NCBI GenBank assembly: GCA_965233585.1
Contig: CBDDTI010000615.1
Location: forward strand, 21,025 to 85,024
DNA length: 64,000 nt
Direction of reading: 5' to 3'
Source: a bacterium
GTDB lineage: Bacteria; SAR324; NAC60-12
Below are positions 12,082 to 24,679 of this stretch, piece by piece; the stretch's first letter is position 1, and every line of letters begins with the position of its first letter. The notes beneath the pieces are model-generated. The model was not told the origin of the DNA. It saw only the letters and a list, made by a program, of their open reading frames with translations, and searched no databases. The position numbers and the translations under genes are program-made.

Positions 12082-13680
12082 ATGTCCTTGCAAAAGCAAA
12101 GGCTTACAGCAGATCCCTGCTTGGGTGTTGGTGACATCATGTCACCTGTCATGTCATGGTTGAAAGAGACAGGCAAATATGACCTGTCTTCTTTGTTGGA
12201 ACCCAAGACACCAGTGTCATGGAAAACAGCTCTCAACGTGGCATGGCTCTGCAGTTTGGAGAAGTTGTTTGAGAAGTTGCTGACGGTTGTCCCAGCTTGC
12301 ATTTTCCCCGCCAAAAAGGTCAGGTTAGCACTGCAAAAGATTCAGTCAGAGGTGACCAGGATCAACTTTGGACGAAAAGATGATGACCAATTCTTTGACA
12401 ACATGGACCAACTTCTGAGAATTGCAGCTTCACAACTCAGGGACCTCAAGCAGCAGCTTTCTGTGTACCAGAGGACGATGAAAAAAGCTTCTGTCAGTGA
12501 AAAAGAAAAGATTGATGCTCTGTTGCTGTTGATCCATATTCCTGCGACTGATGCTGAAGAAGGTCACCAAGAAAAATCCCAGAAGAAAGCTTCTCTCAAG
12601 GAAACTTGCACAGCACTGGTTCCCTATGTGGCACCAAAGACCACCTGCTCTGCAGCAGAAGCTTCTGCCCACTGCAGCCCAAATATCTACACAAGGATTC
12701 TGTCTAAGAAGCTGAGTGATGAAAGTGCTGGCCCAGGCGATGCTAAATCACCACCAAGGCTGGCTGCCACTTCCTCTGGACCCAGCAGCTCCAGCAGAAG
12801 CTTGGGGAGAGAGGTGGCATGGGATGACTTCACCAGAAGTGAAAAGGATCTGCTGGCTGAAGCTTTGAGCAAGGCTTCTCACATTTGTTTTGCAGTAATG
12901 CTGCTTGTTTGTACCATGCCATGTTAGCATAAGTTTGCTCCAACTGATTGATTTGTGTGTGACCCTGATCCAATCAAATGGAGGAAGTGCGAGTTGAGAA
13001 GAAAAAAGGAAGAAAGAGCAGGTGTAAAGGAAAAACAAAGGCCAAAGTGAAGAAAAAAAAGAAAGCAACTTCTTCTGCTTCTTCTGCGACAGACCCCAGC
13101 CCAAAGAAGATTAGCAGGCCATGATCCTTGCATTCTTGGATAGTCTATCTTCCAAGAGTTTTGGTGTCAGCCAAGTATAGCTAGACAGGCAGCAGTCCAA
13201 ACCTCCTGGGTCATCACTGCAAAGGCCCAAAGCCAAAAGTAGCTGCAAAACGGAGAAGAAAAAAACAAAGGAAAAAGAGAAAGAGCAGTGCCTGGGCATG
13301 GAGCTAGTGCAGCAAATGTAACACTTTAAGTGGACTGCCCATGTTATCACAGGCCTTCTGCAGAGAAACCAGAGAAGCAGCAGATGTGCCTTGGAAAATG
13401 AATATGTTTCTTCGTCTATCATGGGCCTCTATGATTTGTGGTGCAGCTGCAGCATCTGTGTTTGCACTGTGAGCAGTGCTTCTGCTGGGTCCCTTGCAGG
13501 AAAACGACTTTCAAGCACAGAAAGACTAGCTCTGAGTGGAACAAAGCCAAAAAACAGGCTTTGGCTGCAGGACATAGCCCAAACACAGCAAAGGCTATGG
13601 GAAGAGCTGCTGCTCAAGAAGTTGCTAGGCAAATAGATGCTGGCTTGTTGAAAGAAGAAACCGCTGAAGATGTTGACTGA
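12082..13680 (+). CDS. Transposon gene 1: multi-exon protein of unknown function with a Lys-rich middle
   Basis: Exon 1 is 12082-12873 (GC donor). The next exon starts at 12984 (AG|G). The last exon is 13500-13680 (KTTFKHRKTSSEWNKAKKQALAAG...). Middle exons are not fully resolved. Confidence 0.7.
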
Positions 13681-13845
13681 AAGAAGAGTCACTGTGGAGG
13701 AAAAAATGTGCAAAGCTGATGTGTGTGTGTGCATGTTGTATCACAGCTGCTTGTGGCAAAGCATGTGTCAGGGTTCATATGCAAAGCAAGCATCATGTGG
13801 TATGCAGCATATGCCTTGTTAGGAGAAAGATATGTCACAGGTATT

Positions 13846-13877
<32 letters not shown>

Positions 13878-14258
13878 TTGAAAGTTGTTCTGAGAGAGGT
13901 AGTTGGGAGTTATTTGACAGCTATTTGAGAGTTATTTGAAAACTATTTGGCAGTTATTTGAGGGATATTTGAGAGTTGTTGGAGAGTTATTGGAGAGTTC
14001 TATGAGTTAGTGGAGATTTATTTGAGAGGTATTTGACAGTTATTTAAGAGATATTGGAGGGATCCCTCTAGGAAGTAGGTGTAATAGATGTAGTAAAAGC
14101 AGGTTGGTGTATTCTCCTTCAACCCAGCAACCCAACACCAATTTAGAATTATGGGTGTTTCTGTTGTTTTGGCTTCAGAATGGGATTTTGCTGATAGGTG
14201 CTGGTACAAGATCCCTTTAAAATAGTCTTCAACAGAAACTCGCCAAAACTTTTGGGGG

Positions 14259-16503
14259 ATGGCTGACCAGCTTCACATCAGCAATTTCCCAATGACCTGG
14301 TCAGCAGAACTGATCAGAACAGCCTTGGACCAGCAGTTCCCAGGAATTACACGAGTAGTTCCCCTGAGAAAAGGTTTTCAGAGGCCTTTTGGAAGAATGT
14401 CTTGTTTTGTTCATTGGACCCCTGGTTGTCGTCCCAATGCTGAAGATGTGACTGGTTTTTTACCTTGGGAACTGGCTGCCACTGGCTGGAATGTTAGTTT
14501 GGTGGCGAAGCATGTGAACCTTCCTGTTTCTAGGAAGCACTGTGAGGCTCAAAGCCATGTTGCAAGGCCCAGTGAACCAGCACTGGGGTAGCTGTAAAGG
14601 AAGGGGTTGGGGAACAGAATACCATGGTTTCCTGATGGTAGAAGGGCAACTAGAAAAAAAAGAATGCCCTTGCTATACAGTTCCGCCTGAATGCCCTTTG
14701 TGCAACCGAACCCTGACAGTCTTGAACTCATTGGTGGCATGCAAAATTTCATGGATGTCAAGATGGGTACCTATGCACTGCATTTTTTTGGTTTGAGCTG
14801 AGGCTAAGGGAGCTCAGAAAGGGCAGCTTGGCATGAGATATGCTTTCGCTGTGTGTTTTGCACAATTTCTTTCCATTGTGACTAGGCCATCTGGAGCAAC
14901 ACCGAAGTTTCTGGACAGCAGATATCAATTTCAAAGATCCATGAATGATATTATTTCCCATGTCTATGGTGGTTATTTCAACAGGAATTGCATCTTGAGA
15001 ATTATTTGAGAGCTAATTGAGAACTATTTGAGAGCTATTTGAAAGTTATTGGAGATTTTTTTGAGAGTTGCTTTCAATGTAGTTCAAAGTTACCTGTTTT
15101 TTGAGAGCCATTAGAGAGTTATGTTTGAAAGGTATACCTAAGGTATTGAATGCAATTGGGACAATATGGGATTGATCTGCTTGGGTTGTTGTAGGAATTA
15201 ATGGACCTAATTCTTCATCAGTTTTCCTGTGGCATGCTATCTTAGGCCACCAGGTGGAAAACCAGCACCTTCTAGCTGGACCAGCCCTTCTGCTGGACCT
15301 GCTGAGAGGTTTGGGACACAACCCAATCACTGTTCATGTTTTTTTTGGGCAGTGCATTGAGGCCACCTGCCAAAGCTCCTCCAGCAAAACCTTTCCTGAA
15401 CTTTGTGGAGAAAAAAGAAGGAAAGGGATACCCTGAGCAAAGGCTGGAACATTTGCTTTGAAATTTTTCTCTGCTTGTCAAAATTTGCTGCTAGGGCTGC
15501 AGCAGCAGAGGAGCCAAGGCCAGGAAGCACCAAAGCAACAACAAGAGGTATTTATTTTTTTGGTTTGTCACTTTGTGCTGCTAGGCCTGCAGCCAAGAGT
15601 CCACCAAAGGACCCAAGGCCACAACCTCCCAAAGAAGAAACCAAAGAGGTCCAGAAGGATGAAAAAGAAGAGACTCCAGAGGAGGTTCCTGAAGTGAAGG
15701 TGACACAGGAGTGTCTTGGATGCATTTAGTGGCTCTACCCAATTCCAACTGCATTACCTTTCACAAAGTGCTTTGTTTTTTGGCAGGCCTTCTGACACTG
15801 AAGCTTCTCAGACTGAAGAATCCTTCGACCCCTGTGAGCATGTGGACTTTGGAACAAAAAGCCCGACCAGTGAGACCAAGGAAGAAGAGCACCCTAGTTG
15901 CATTAGATCAGCTGGTGTTTGCATGAGATCAATCTATATTTTTTTGGTTGCACTGGCAGGCAGGCATCCAGCAGTGAAAAGCCCAGGTGTCTCAGCAGCA
16001 ATATTTGAGCAAGCAACTATTTGAGAGGTATTTGAGAGATATTGGGCAATTATTTGAGGGACACTTGAGAGCTATTTGAGAGTTTTCAAAAATATATATT
16101 TGAGTTATTTGAAAGATACTTGAGAGCTAGTTGAAAGTTGTTCAAAAAAATAATTGAGAGCTATTTGCAAGATACTTGAGAGCCATTTGAGAGTTTTTAA
16201 AGAGCTACTTGAGGGATATTTGAGTGAAAGACTTGCCATTTGAGATTAGTGCAGCCCCACAGGATACTAGCAATCTTTCTGTCAGGAAATGGCGCTCCAG
16301 AAAGATGATGGAAGCTGCGCCCCTTGACTCTGCCACTATTGCAATGCCTTGTGCATGGACTGCAGTGCATTTCAAACACATTGTCTCTTGCATCTAAGGA
16401 GGCCAAAAGTGAAGGGTTGGGTCCCATCAAGGGAATATATCTGAGAAACTGCGAGCTCCACAGTGGAAAAACATGCAAAGTGACAGCATCACTCTGGGAT
16501 TGA
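14259..16503 (+). CDS. Transposon gene 2: N-terminal RRM-like domain followed by small Pro/Glu/Lys-rich exons
   Basis: QLHISNFP (RNP2-like) and GRMSCFVHW (RNP1-like) at RRM-like spacing. AG|G-flanked exon candidates continue to EAKSEGLGPIKGIYLRNCE...LWD* at 16503. The exon chain is partly inferred. Confidence 0.5.
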
Positions 16504-16807
16504 TGTGGCACATTGGGAAGGTCTTGCAGCTGTTATTTGAGAGCTACTGGAGAGATATTGAACCAGTTTTCTATGAGTGATTGGAGAGATATTGGAGTGA
16601 GAAAATATCTGCGAGGTATCTGAGAGATATTGGGAAACTGTCACTGAAAGGTATTGGTGAGTCACTGGAACTGTTTCCTTGAAAGAGTTTGCAGAAACAT
16701 GTGTGTTTTGTTGTCTTTGCATTGGTTTCTGACGTAAAAATGTCCAAAACTTTGATTTTTTCTAAAAAAATGTAAATATCATGTTTTTTTCACAAAAAAC
16801 AAATGTA

Positions 16808-16975
16808 CCTTAGCAAAGTTTCTAAGCAAACTACTAAGGCTCTTAGCAGTTTGCTTAGCAAGTTTCTAAGTAGAAGTTTCTAAGCAAACTTAGCAGTTTG
16901 CTTAGAAACTACTAAGCAAACTGCTAAGGCACCTTAGCACTTTGCTGAGAAACTTCCAAGCAAACTGCTAAGTTA
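16808..16975. repeat. Central cluster of direct and inverted CTTAGCA/TAAGCAAACT units
   Basis: Repeated ttagcagtttgcttag / ctaagcaaactgctaa in both orientations. Confidence 0.85.
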
Positions 16976-17496
16976 CCAATTGTTTGTTCATGTTTTACCA
17001 AAAAACAGTGATGTTTTGGTTTCAAAATGATCGTTGTCAGCCAAAAAAAATAAAAAAGAAAAACTGGTTGCACTGATTTGGTCGATGTTCATCCCACAAG
17101 TGGCTGCATGACAGTTTGCTTGCTTATCCTTTGCCAGGCTCAGACCCAACAGCAGCAATTGCCAGTGTGAAAATTCAAACCAAGGATACCCAAAATACAA
17201 CACACATGTTACAAACACACTGTGGTGCTCACAGGCACCATTGTTGACACATGAACAATGTAGAAATATTTCTCAACTATCTCTCAACCATCTCTCAAAA
17301 AACTCAAGTAACTCTCTACTAACTCTCAAATACCAAGAAGCACAAACATATCACTCAACTAACTCTCAAATATCACTAAGACAAGTAAACAAATATATTA
17401 CATGTTCATTGGTACACTTTTTGTCACTTAATGTACAATAGCCCAGTGAAAACCACTGCCAGGTATTTACCTGGGAGCCCTCGTTTGCGCTACAAA

Positions 17497-18964
17497 ATGG
17501 CTTCTCAGGCTCCTGAGGATGTGACCAAAAATACAGAAGAACCAAAGGAGGCTGAGAAACCCGAGGAGAATGAAGAAACCACAGCTAAGCCAAAGGAGGA
17601 AGTTGAAAGTTTGAAAAAACCAGCTTCAAAGGCTAAGGCAGCTGCAAAGAAAAAACGAAGTTGCCAAAGACACCACAAAAGCCAAAAGGTAAAGCTAAAG
17701 CCAAGGCTGAGGCCAAGGCCAAAGCAAAAGCAAAGGCCAAAGCCAAAGCCTTGGCTGCCTCCAAGAGCAACCGCGAGAAAAAGGAGAAGGAAAAGACAGA
17801 GAAAAAGAAAAAGGATGAAGAGCCCAAGCTTATGAAAAGGCCTGCAGCCAAAGGTTTTTCCGTGAGAGACCAAGTTTCTCAGCTCCAAGCAGGGGTGCCA
17901 CATGAGAAGACTGAGGAAGAGCAGGGGCATGGTGAAGAAGGTGAAGAAGAAGAAGTGAAAGAAGAAGATCTATTTGTTGATCCTGATGAAGAAGGTGAGA
18001 AACGCTCCAAAGCTGCTGCTGGCAAATTCAACAGGTTGTGGAAGGCTGGAAAGGTTCCACAGCAGATCAAGGAGATCTGGCAGAAGTGTGAGACAAGAGA
18101 TGAAAAGACAATGCTTGTCAACCGCCTGTTCAAGAAGAACACCAAAACTGGCTGCTGGGAGATGCAGGCTGACAATCCAACTTTCAAAAGTTGGTTGAAA
18201 ACTTCAGACAAGACCTTTGGCAAGGATGGTCAGCAAAGCTATCCACGAGCAATCATGTTGCATCACTACTTCAGAGGGGATGAAGATGCTTTCCTTCAGG
18301 CACTACATACTGGTGATATCTCAGAGATCAACAAAGGTGGAAAAGTGATGTACAGCTTTGAATGCTACGAGAGTGGAAGAGCTAAGGAAGCAGACCAGAG
18401 GATGGACTTGGATAGAGGCACTAAAACCCTTACAGGTGAAGAGCATGATGCGGTGACCAATGTGCTGTGCAACTTTGACTGGACCAAGTTTGGCCAAGAA
18501 GTTCAGCCTGGACCAAGGACTTCCAGCAAAGCAATGGCCTTGACTAATGGCCCACAGGTGGTGCTTTGGAAAAATGTCGAGCCTTTCTTGACACAAGCCA
18601 AGGCTGCCCATGACAGGGTCCTGGGAAGTCTCAACAAGATGTTTGCTGCAGTTGCCCACGCAAAAGACAAGGATCTTAGCCTGAAGTTTAAGATTGCTCT
18701 GACAACTTTGCAGCAGAACAGCCAAGAGATTTCCAATGCCTTGATGTTCCAGGACTGACAAGCATTTGCTTACACAAATGTTGGCAAGCCTGTCCTGTTG
18801 CTCATCTGTTTCCAACTTCCAACTTGCAGGAGATACCAGGTTGCAAAGAGTTGATCAAAACCGAAGTGGATGATTGGCTTGCAGCCAAAGGCAAGGACAT
18901 GTCAGCCCACTACGAGGCAAGTGAGACCATCAAGAGTGTTTTGAAAGCCAGAGAACTTTTGTGA
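17497..18964 (+). CDS. Transposon gene 3: KA-repeat and acidic N-terminus plus a globular C-terminal region, function unknown
   Basis: ATG at 17497. A 1-nt shortfall in the A-run near 17650 links it to ORF 17661-18758. A GA-AG intron at 18753-18829 precedes a final 45-codon exon ending at TGA 18964. Confidence 0.8.
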
Positions 18965-19740
18965 GCTGGGCCCTCAGAATGGGCTGGAAAGCCCAACAAG
19001 GTGTTCACAAGAAGTATTTGAGAATTAGGTAGATTGTAAAACTTTTGGTGTTCATTTGAGAAATAACTAGCAGATATCTTTTATGTATTGGAGAGATATT
19101 GGAACGTGATTTCAAAGTTATTTGAGAGATATTGGAGAGTTATTTGAGAGTTATTTAAGAGTTGTTGGAGAGTTATTTGAGAGATATTGGAAAGTTATTT
19201 GAAAGTTATTGGGGAGATATTGGAGATTTATTTGAGAGTTATTTGAGAGTTATTTGGGAGTTATTAGAGAGTTATTTGAAAGATGCTGTCATTTTCCCAC
19301 CAGTGAGACAGCTGACCTGTTTGTTGCAGCTCCTTCCATCCTTGCAAACACCTTGCTGTCCCCAGGTTCAGGCTCAGACTGTGAGAAGCTTTGGCCTAGG
19401 TGCGACAACTCTCCTTCAGACTGCTGCTGTTGGTTAAAAAAATTGAGCTGGCTCCTGCCTGCCTGAGCTAGCAATGACTAGGGCAGTATGGCATGTGCAA
19501 CTTCAAGTTTGCAGGCTAGAGATGAATCAGAGATGTGCAGCTCAAGCCTGTGACACTTTCCAATGAGAAGTTCACACCACATCACATGTGCACAAGGTAG
19601 CCTGTGAAACATTCATGTTCATCAACCACACCACTTCATTTCTTATAGCCAGCATCTTCTCACAATCTTTTTAACAGCTTAAATCAAGCTTTCCCTGACA
19701 CCTTGTTTTTCTTCCCTTACCCCCTGTGGCTTTGCCAGCC

Positions 19741-21987
19741 ATGAACCGAGACTCTTCACAACCAGCCCAAAAAAAAAGAAAACTTGGAGGAATTCAACAG
19801 AGACTAGCCAAGGCTGAAGCTCAGGACAAAGAAAACGCTCTGAAAGAGAGAGAAAGACTTGCATTCAGCCTGGTTACCAAATGGGCATGGGGGCACTTAT
19901 CCCCACAGGAAGTTCAAAGCACTGCAGCAGATGCAATTGCAGATATGAAATCCTTTGGGATGGAACAGTTGCCACAGTGGCTGTCAAAGTTTGCAGCCCT
20001 TGGATCCGATGGGGTGCATCCAAATAACATGCATGCAGAGCTTCTCAAAATGTTTGAGCCACAGTCTTCAGTGCCCAAGCCCTTGGTGGTTCACTTGGAC
20101 TTCAAGGGCCAACATGCCCTGCAGTCTTTGATGCTGCCCCACGAACTTTTTCAGCTCTCTACCACTATTATCCCAGCACCTTCCAGAAGCACTTCACGCC
20201 AGGGGGACATGAACAAGTGTCCAAGTTTTGGTCCAAGTTTGCTCAGCACCCTTCAATGGAAGGGCATGAAATTTTCGCCTTGAAGAACTACAAGCACAGA
20301 GCTTTGCCACTCAATCTCCACGGTGATGGAGTGCCAATAACTGGCAAAGGCAAAGTCTGGGTCAAAATGATGTTGACTCTGATCTGGACTGGGTGTTTGG
20401 CAGAAGGAAGCAGCAAGGATACCTGTAATCTCATCTGGGGTGTGCCTTGGAAAGAATTAATTTTGCCACATTTGTATCAATGTGTTCCAAGCCTGCAACA
20501 TGGGAAAGTTATTTGAGAGTTATTGCAAAATTATTTGAGAGAAATTGGAGTTATTTGAGAAAAAAAATCACTTTGCTTGGATTCAGTGCTTTCAATACAT
20601 AAAGCACATTCAGGTCTACGAGTCAGTCCTCAAGAGTGGCCCTGGTGGCACTTTGGACCAAGCTTTCAAAATCATTTCCTGGAGCTTCAACACATTGTTG
20701 ACTGGGAAGTGGCCTTCAGAAGATTGGCATGGAAAACAGCTTTGTCCTTAGAGACCCAGCAACTTCACCTGTTTGGAAAGAAATTGATCTGGTCATGGAA
20801 TTCTGTATTTTTTCTGATTGAATTCATGCTATGCCTCCTAGGTTCCCTTCTTCTTCCTTGGCAGGAAAAAGAGCCAACACCTGGTTGGCCAGTGGATATC
20901 TTGGGGTCCTAACAGGGATCCTTGGCGATCTGGACTACCTGAGTGGCACCCTTCAGCTGCCAAGATGGTCCAGAAACGAGAATTCCTGTGCTCTTTGTCT
21001 TTCTTCTGCCCATGGACCATTCTCTTGGAAGGTGTTCAGGCAAGATGCTCCATGGGTCAGCAAATGCTGGACACCTTCCACTTGGTCTGCCTGGGAAGGT
21101 AGAAGCAAATGTGGCCTTTTTGAAATCCAACAGCTTACAGCAGTGAATGTGCAATGTGATTATATGCATGCAAAATACCTGGGAACAGATTTGGTGGCTT
21201 TTGCCAGTGTGCTCTGGCTCGCCATTTTTGTGGCTGGATCCCAATCACCAGCCAAAAACTTGGCTGACTTCCAAAAGCACTTGAAAAGCTACTACCAAGA
21301 ACACAACACAGCTTCAAGATTTTCTGCCTTCAATTCCTACAAATATTTCATGTACAAGAAGGGGATGAAGTTGAAAGGCAAGGCTGCCCAAGTCAAAGCC
21401 TTTGGGCAGCCTTTGCTTGAATTTTGGCAGAAGGTCTACAACCCGAGTGTCTCTATCCACAAGCTTGTTCTGGTGTATATGAAGCTCAATGTGAAATGTG
21501 AAGAGTTAATGGATGCCAACAGAGATGAGATCCATTTTAGCAACTGGACTTGCAAGCAGTTTCAACCCACACCTCAGTTGTATGTCATGCTGCATTTGCT
21601 GAAGACACTGTTCTTGTTTGCAACCATTTGTTTCCACCAAACTTTTCATGTGCATCTGCATGAGGCGACACAGATGCAGCTGAATTCCAAAGAGCCATGT
21701 TCCAAATGGCACACGTGCACCATGTGCTCTGGGAACACTTTGATGGGGAAGATGTCCCCAATGGGATGTTTGCTGTCACAAGCAAATTGCATTGGCTCAT
21801 GCATGCAGCTTTGATGGCTGCAAACATCTCACCTAGAAAAGTTTGGTGCTTCAAAGGCGAAGATTTTATGCGATGTACACAGACTTTGGCTGCCAGCTGT
21901 GTGAGTGGAAACCAACTCATCACAAGCACGTTGAAAATGATGCAGCACTGGAGAGTTGGAGCCCATCTTCAATGGGCTGAGGGCTAA
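19741..21987 (+). CDS. CACTA/EnSpm/Plavaka-like DDE transposase, 4 exons
   Basis: Motifs LNLHGDGVP (D), LGDLDY (D), CALC, CDYMHAKYLG, KLHWLMH and WCFKGEDF (E). Introns 20442-20613 (GT-AG), 20739-20841 (GC-AG) and 21540-21664 (GC-AG) splice in frame. There is one 1-nt shortfall in a T-run near 20150. Confidence 0.88.
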
Positions 21988-22233
21988 GACCCACAGATCC
22001 AAAGCGAATGAGAGAAAAAGAGAAGCTTTTACTGGATGTTCATGTGCACTGTCATGAGTGAACAATGATGGAAGCTTGAGCTGAGCAGTTGTTGCAGCAT
22101 ATGCCCTCTGGCAGTCACACCTTGTTTGCAACCAATATTTGAAAGATAGTTGGAAGTTATTTGAGAGATATTTGAGAGATCTTTGAGAGATATTTGTGGC
22201 AGTTATTGAAGACATCCATTGGCCCCAGAAGAT

Positions 22234-22477
22234 AAATGATACAAATTACCTTGGGAAAAAAAGGTAAATTGTATGAATAACTTTTCAGAACAAAAGGTAA
22301 CTTGTACAAATAACCTTCAAAAAAATGTAAATTGTATGAATAACCTTAAAAATAGGTTAGGTTATTTGATTGGATAACCTAAAGGGTTCTGACTAATAGT
22401 TAGTTTCGTTTTATCTATTAGGCAGAAAATAGTCTATAACCTAAAAGCGCCTTTTTAACCTAACCTCATCTTCAGGG
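22234..22477 (-). repeat. Right TIR and subterminal repeats
   Basis: Reverse complement of 11225-11470. Confidence 0.95.
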
Positions 22478-23790
22478 TGATACCAGTCCACCCCTGTCAC
22501 GGCCCTCTGTGTTTTCCAATGTCTCGGAACTTTGATTCCAAAAATTCCCAACTGATCGCTGTGCCTTGCAGTCAGGTCCCTCCACTCTGTCACAACGTCG
22601 GCACTGTCGTCAAAGTGCACCAAGACGCAGGACTTGTCAGCAATCTCAGTCAAGGCTGAAAATTTGCCTTTTTCGTTGACCCGGTCCTCTGTTGTGACTG
22701 TATGTGCCACTGAAGGATGATTGACTGAAGCCACTCCCTTCCTATAGAATTCTGAGCAGCAATAACTGTTGATGACAATCAAGCACCCTGGAAATTGATC
22801 CTGTAACTGATGAAATGAATCTTGAACCTCCGGCAAGATGCGATATGTGTCAGTCCTCAGAGTCTCTTTGCGAAATCTCACTGTGTCCAACACTTGATGC
22901 CAATCCACCGAAAAGATCAATCGCTCTGAGTATTTGAACGGTGGAAGATTGCTGATGCGAAATCCCAAGTCCCTTACCCTCTGTCGATTCACACGCACAC
23001 CAGTTGGGGGATTCAAAGGTTCTGGTACCCCAACACCGCCTGTTGTTGTTGATGAAGCGGCTGAAGCACGATGACCTGATGATGACACACTTGTTGCTGT
23101 CTTCGGCTTTGGTCGAAGAACAGGTGTATTCGGCACACTTGGAGTTGCTTTTGGCTTTGATTGTAAAACGGGTGTAGGCGGCACACTTGGAGATGCCTTA
23201 GGTTTCGATTGCAAGATGCATGAAGATGCACCTGACGGGGCTACACGAGATGGTCCTCTCAAACGATCTGGCAGTTCAGGGACAACAGGAACGCGTGGTG
23301 GCTCCACAACCTTTCCTTTCTTGATCTTTCCTTCCCGAACCAATCGATGAAAGATTTCGATGAAACGTGGTTCACCGAATGGACACTCAATCTCTTCCTG
23401 CTCCTCGTCACTGATGTCAACTGTCTCCGCAACAAACGAATCTTCCGTGTAGTACCCAGTGTTTTCGTCCTGAGTGTTAGGAACAGGCTCAAGCCTCGCT
23501 AAGAGTGGCTGATCCTTCCTCGGAAGCTGATAATCCTCAACTGCTTGAAGCTTACGGCGTTCCAAGTACAAACTATGTGGATCGTAAGGGTCGTAATCTG
23601 GATGTTCAGTTTGGGCTGTCAACACACGGATGAAGTAAGTCAGGAGCTTAAGGCAGGCAGAACGATATCTTCTTTTGAAGCTAACACCCGACCTTTTCTC
23701 CTTTCTGATCTTACGAAACCGATTCTGCAACACCTCCCGCTCTTCTGAACCAGATCTTGAACGTGCCCTCTTGTCCAAGTAAAGTAGCAC
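22478..23790 (-). pseudogene. Retrotransposon accessory ORF with a C-terminal HAD-superfamily-like domain, interrupted by the transposon
   Basis: IFSVDWHQVLD (motif I-like), IVINSY (II), EKGK (III) and LVHFDDS (IV), preceded by a Pro-rich linker with LQSKPKA repeats. The terminal HPEDEVRLKRRF in the ORF track runs into the TIR. Confidence 0.7.
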
Positions 23791-24354
23791 CGCAAATCTT
23801 CAAGCAAGAAAGTGGTTGAGCTAAACCTTGTCTCGAACCACAACTGCCGTACAATTGGAAATGGACTTAGGTTCTCACCCTGCAATTGCTTAGCAAAACG
23901 GGGAGGTCACAGCAAAATGCCGACTAAGTTCCTCAGATGATATTAGGTCTTTGACTGACAAATCGATGCGATCGGGGTTTGGCTGCGAATCAGGGACTCC
24001 GATCAATGCAAAGGTTCACTAACAATTAGATTGAACTAAGGAGCACAACAAAGCCTACTGCAATGGGCTCAACAAAGTACTTAATATGGAAATTGGTTTC
24101 AACACCTGGGAGGATGCACCCTGGTCAGTGCAAACACTCCCGCACGAGTCCTTGTTCGATGGACACGAGCAGGACACGAGCTTGATGCAATGCACTAGTC
24201 ACCTGAATTGGCAAGAGGCTGGTGCAACTCGATACCGGCAGTTACCAAGGGTCAGGGAAAAGTGTTTTGGTGGATGTCTTACAGGCACAAAGGTGTGGCT
24301 CAGGACCTATGTGTGTGTAAGAGTACCCGGATATATGAAGTGAGGCTGTTAACC

Positions 24355-24540
24355 TGTTGAGTACTTATCCCACAACCTCCCAGGATACTACCCAACGACC
24401 TGAAGCGCAAAGCTGCTTGTTTTATCTTGAGACAAAATATTCAGTCACTTTACAAATTGAAGTACAACAGTACAAAAGACAAGACACAACATGACAACAT
24501 GGAGGGGTGTACAGTGCTATGTACATGTATGTTTTCAACT
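24355..24540 (-). repeat. Candidate 5' LTR (~186 bp) followed by PBS-like GGTTAACAGCC
   Basis: Bounded by TGTTGA...TCAACT, one mismatch from TG...CA. On the minus strand CAACA is followed by GGTTA, as in copia elements. The partner LTR is not in the window. Confidence 0.55.
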
Positions 24541-24679
24541 AAAATAAGTGGAATTTGACGCAAAATAATCTAAAAAAAAATTTAAACAGGATATTAGCAG
24601 GATAATAGCAACTTTTCAGATATTTATAGGCTCGTTAAGTGCCTGAAGTGAAAATATCTAAAATTTGTGGTCTTAGTAA

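Noticed and set aside
22441..22477. C-terminus PEDEVRLKRRF of the 449-aa ORF
   Set aside because: Encoded by the transposon TIR; the native end lies at 11162-11222.
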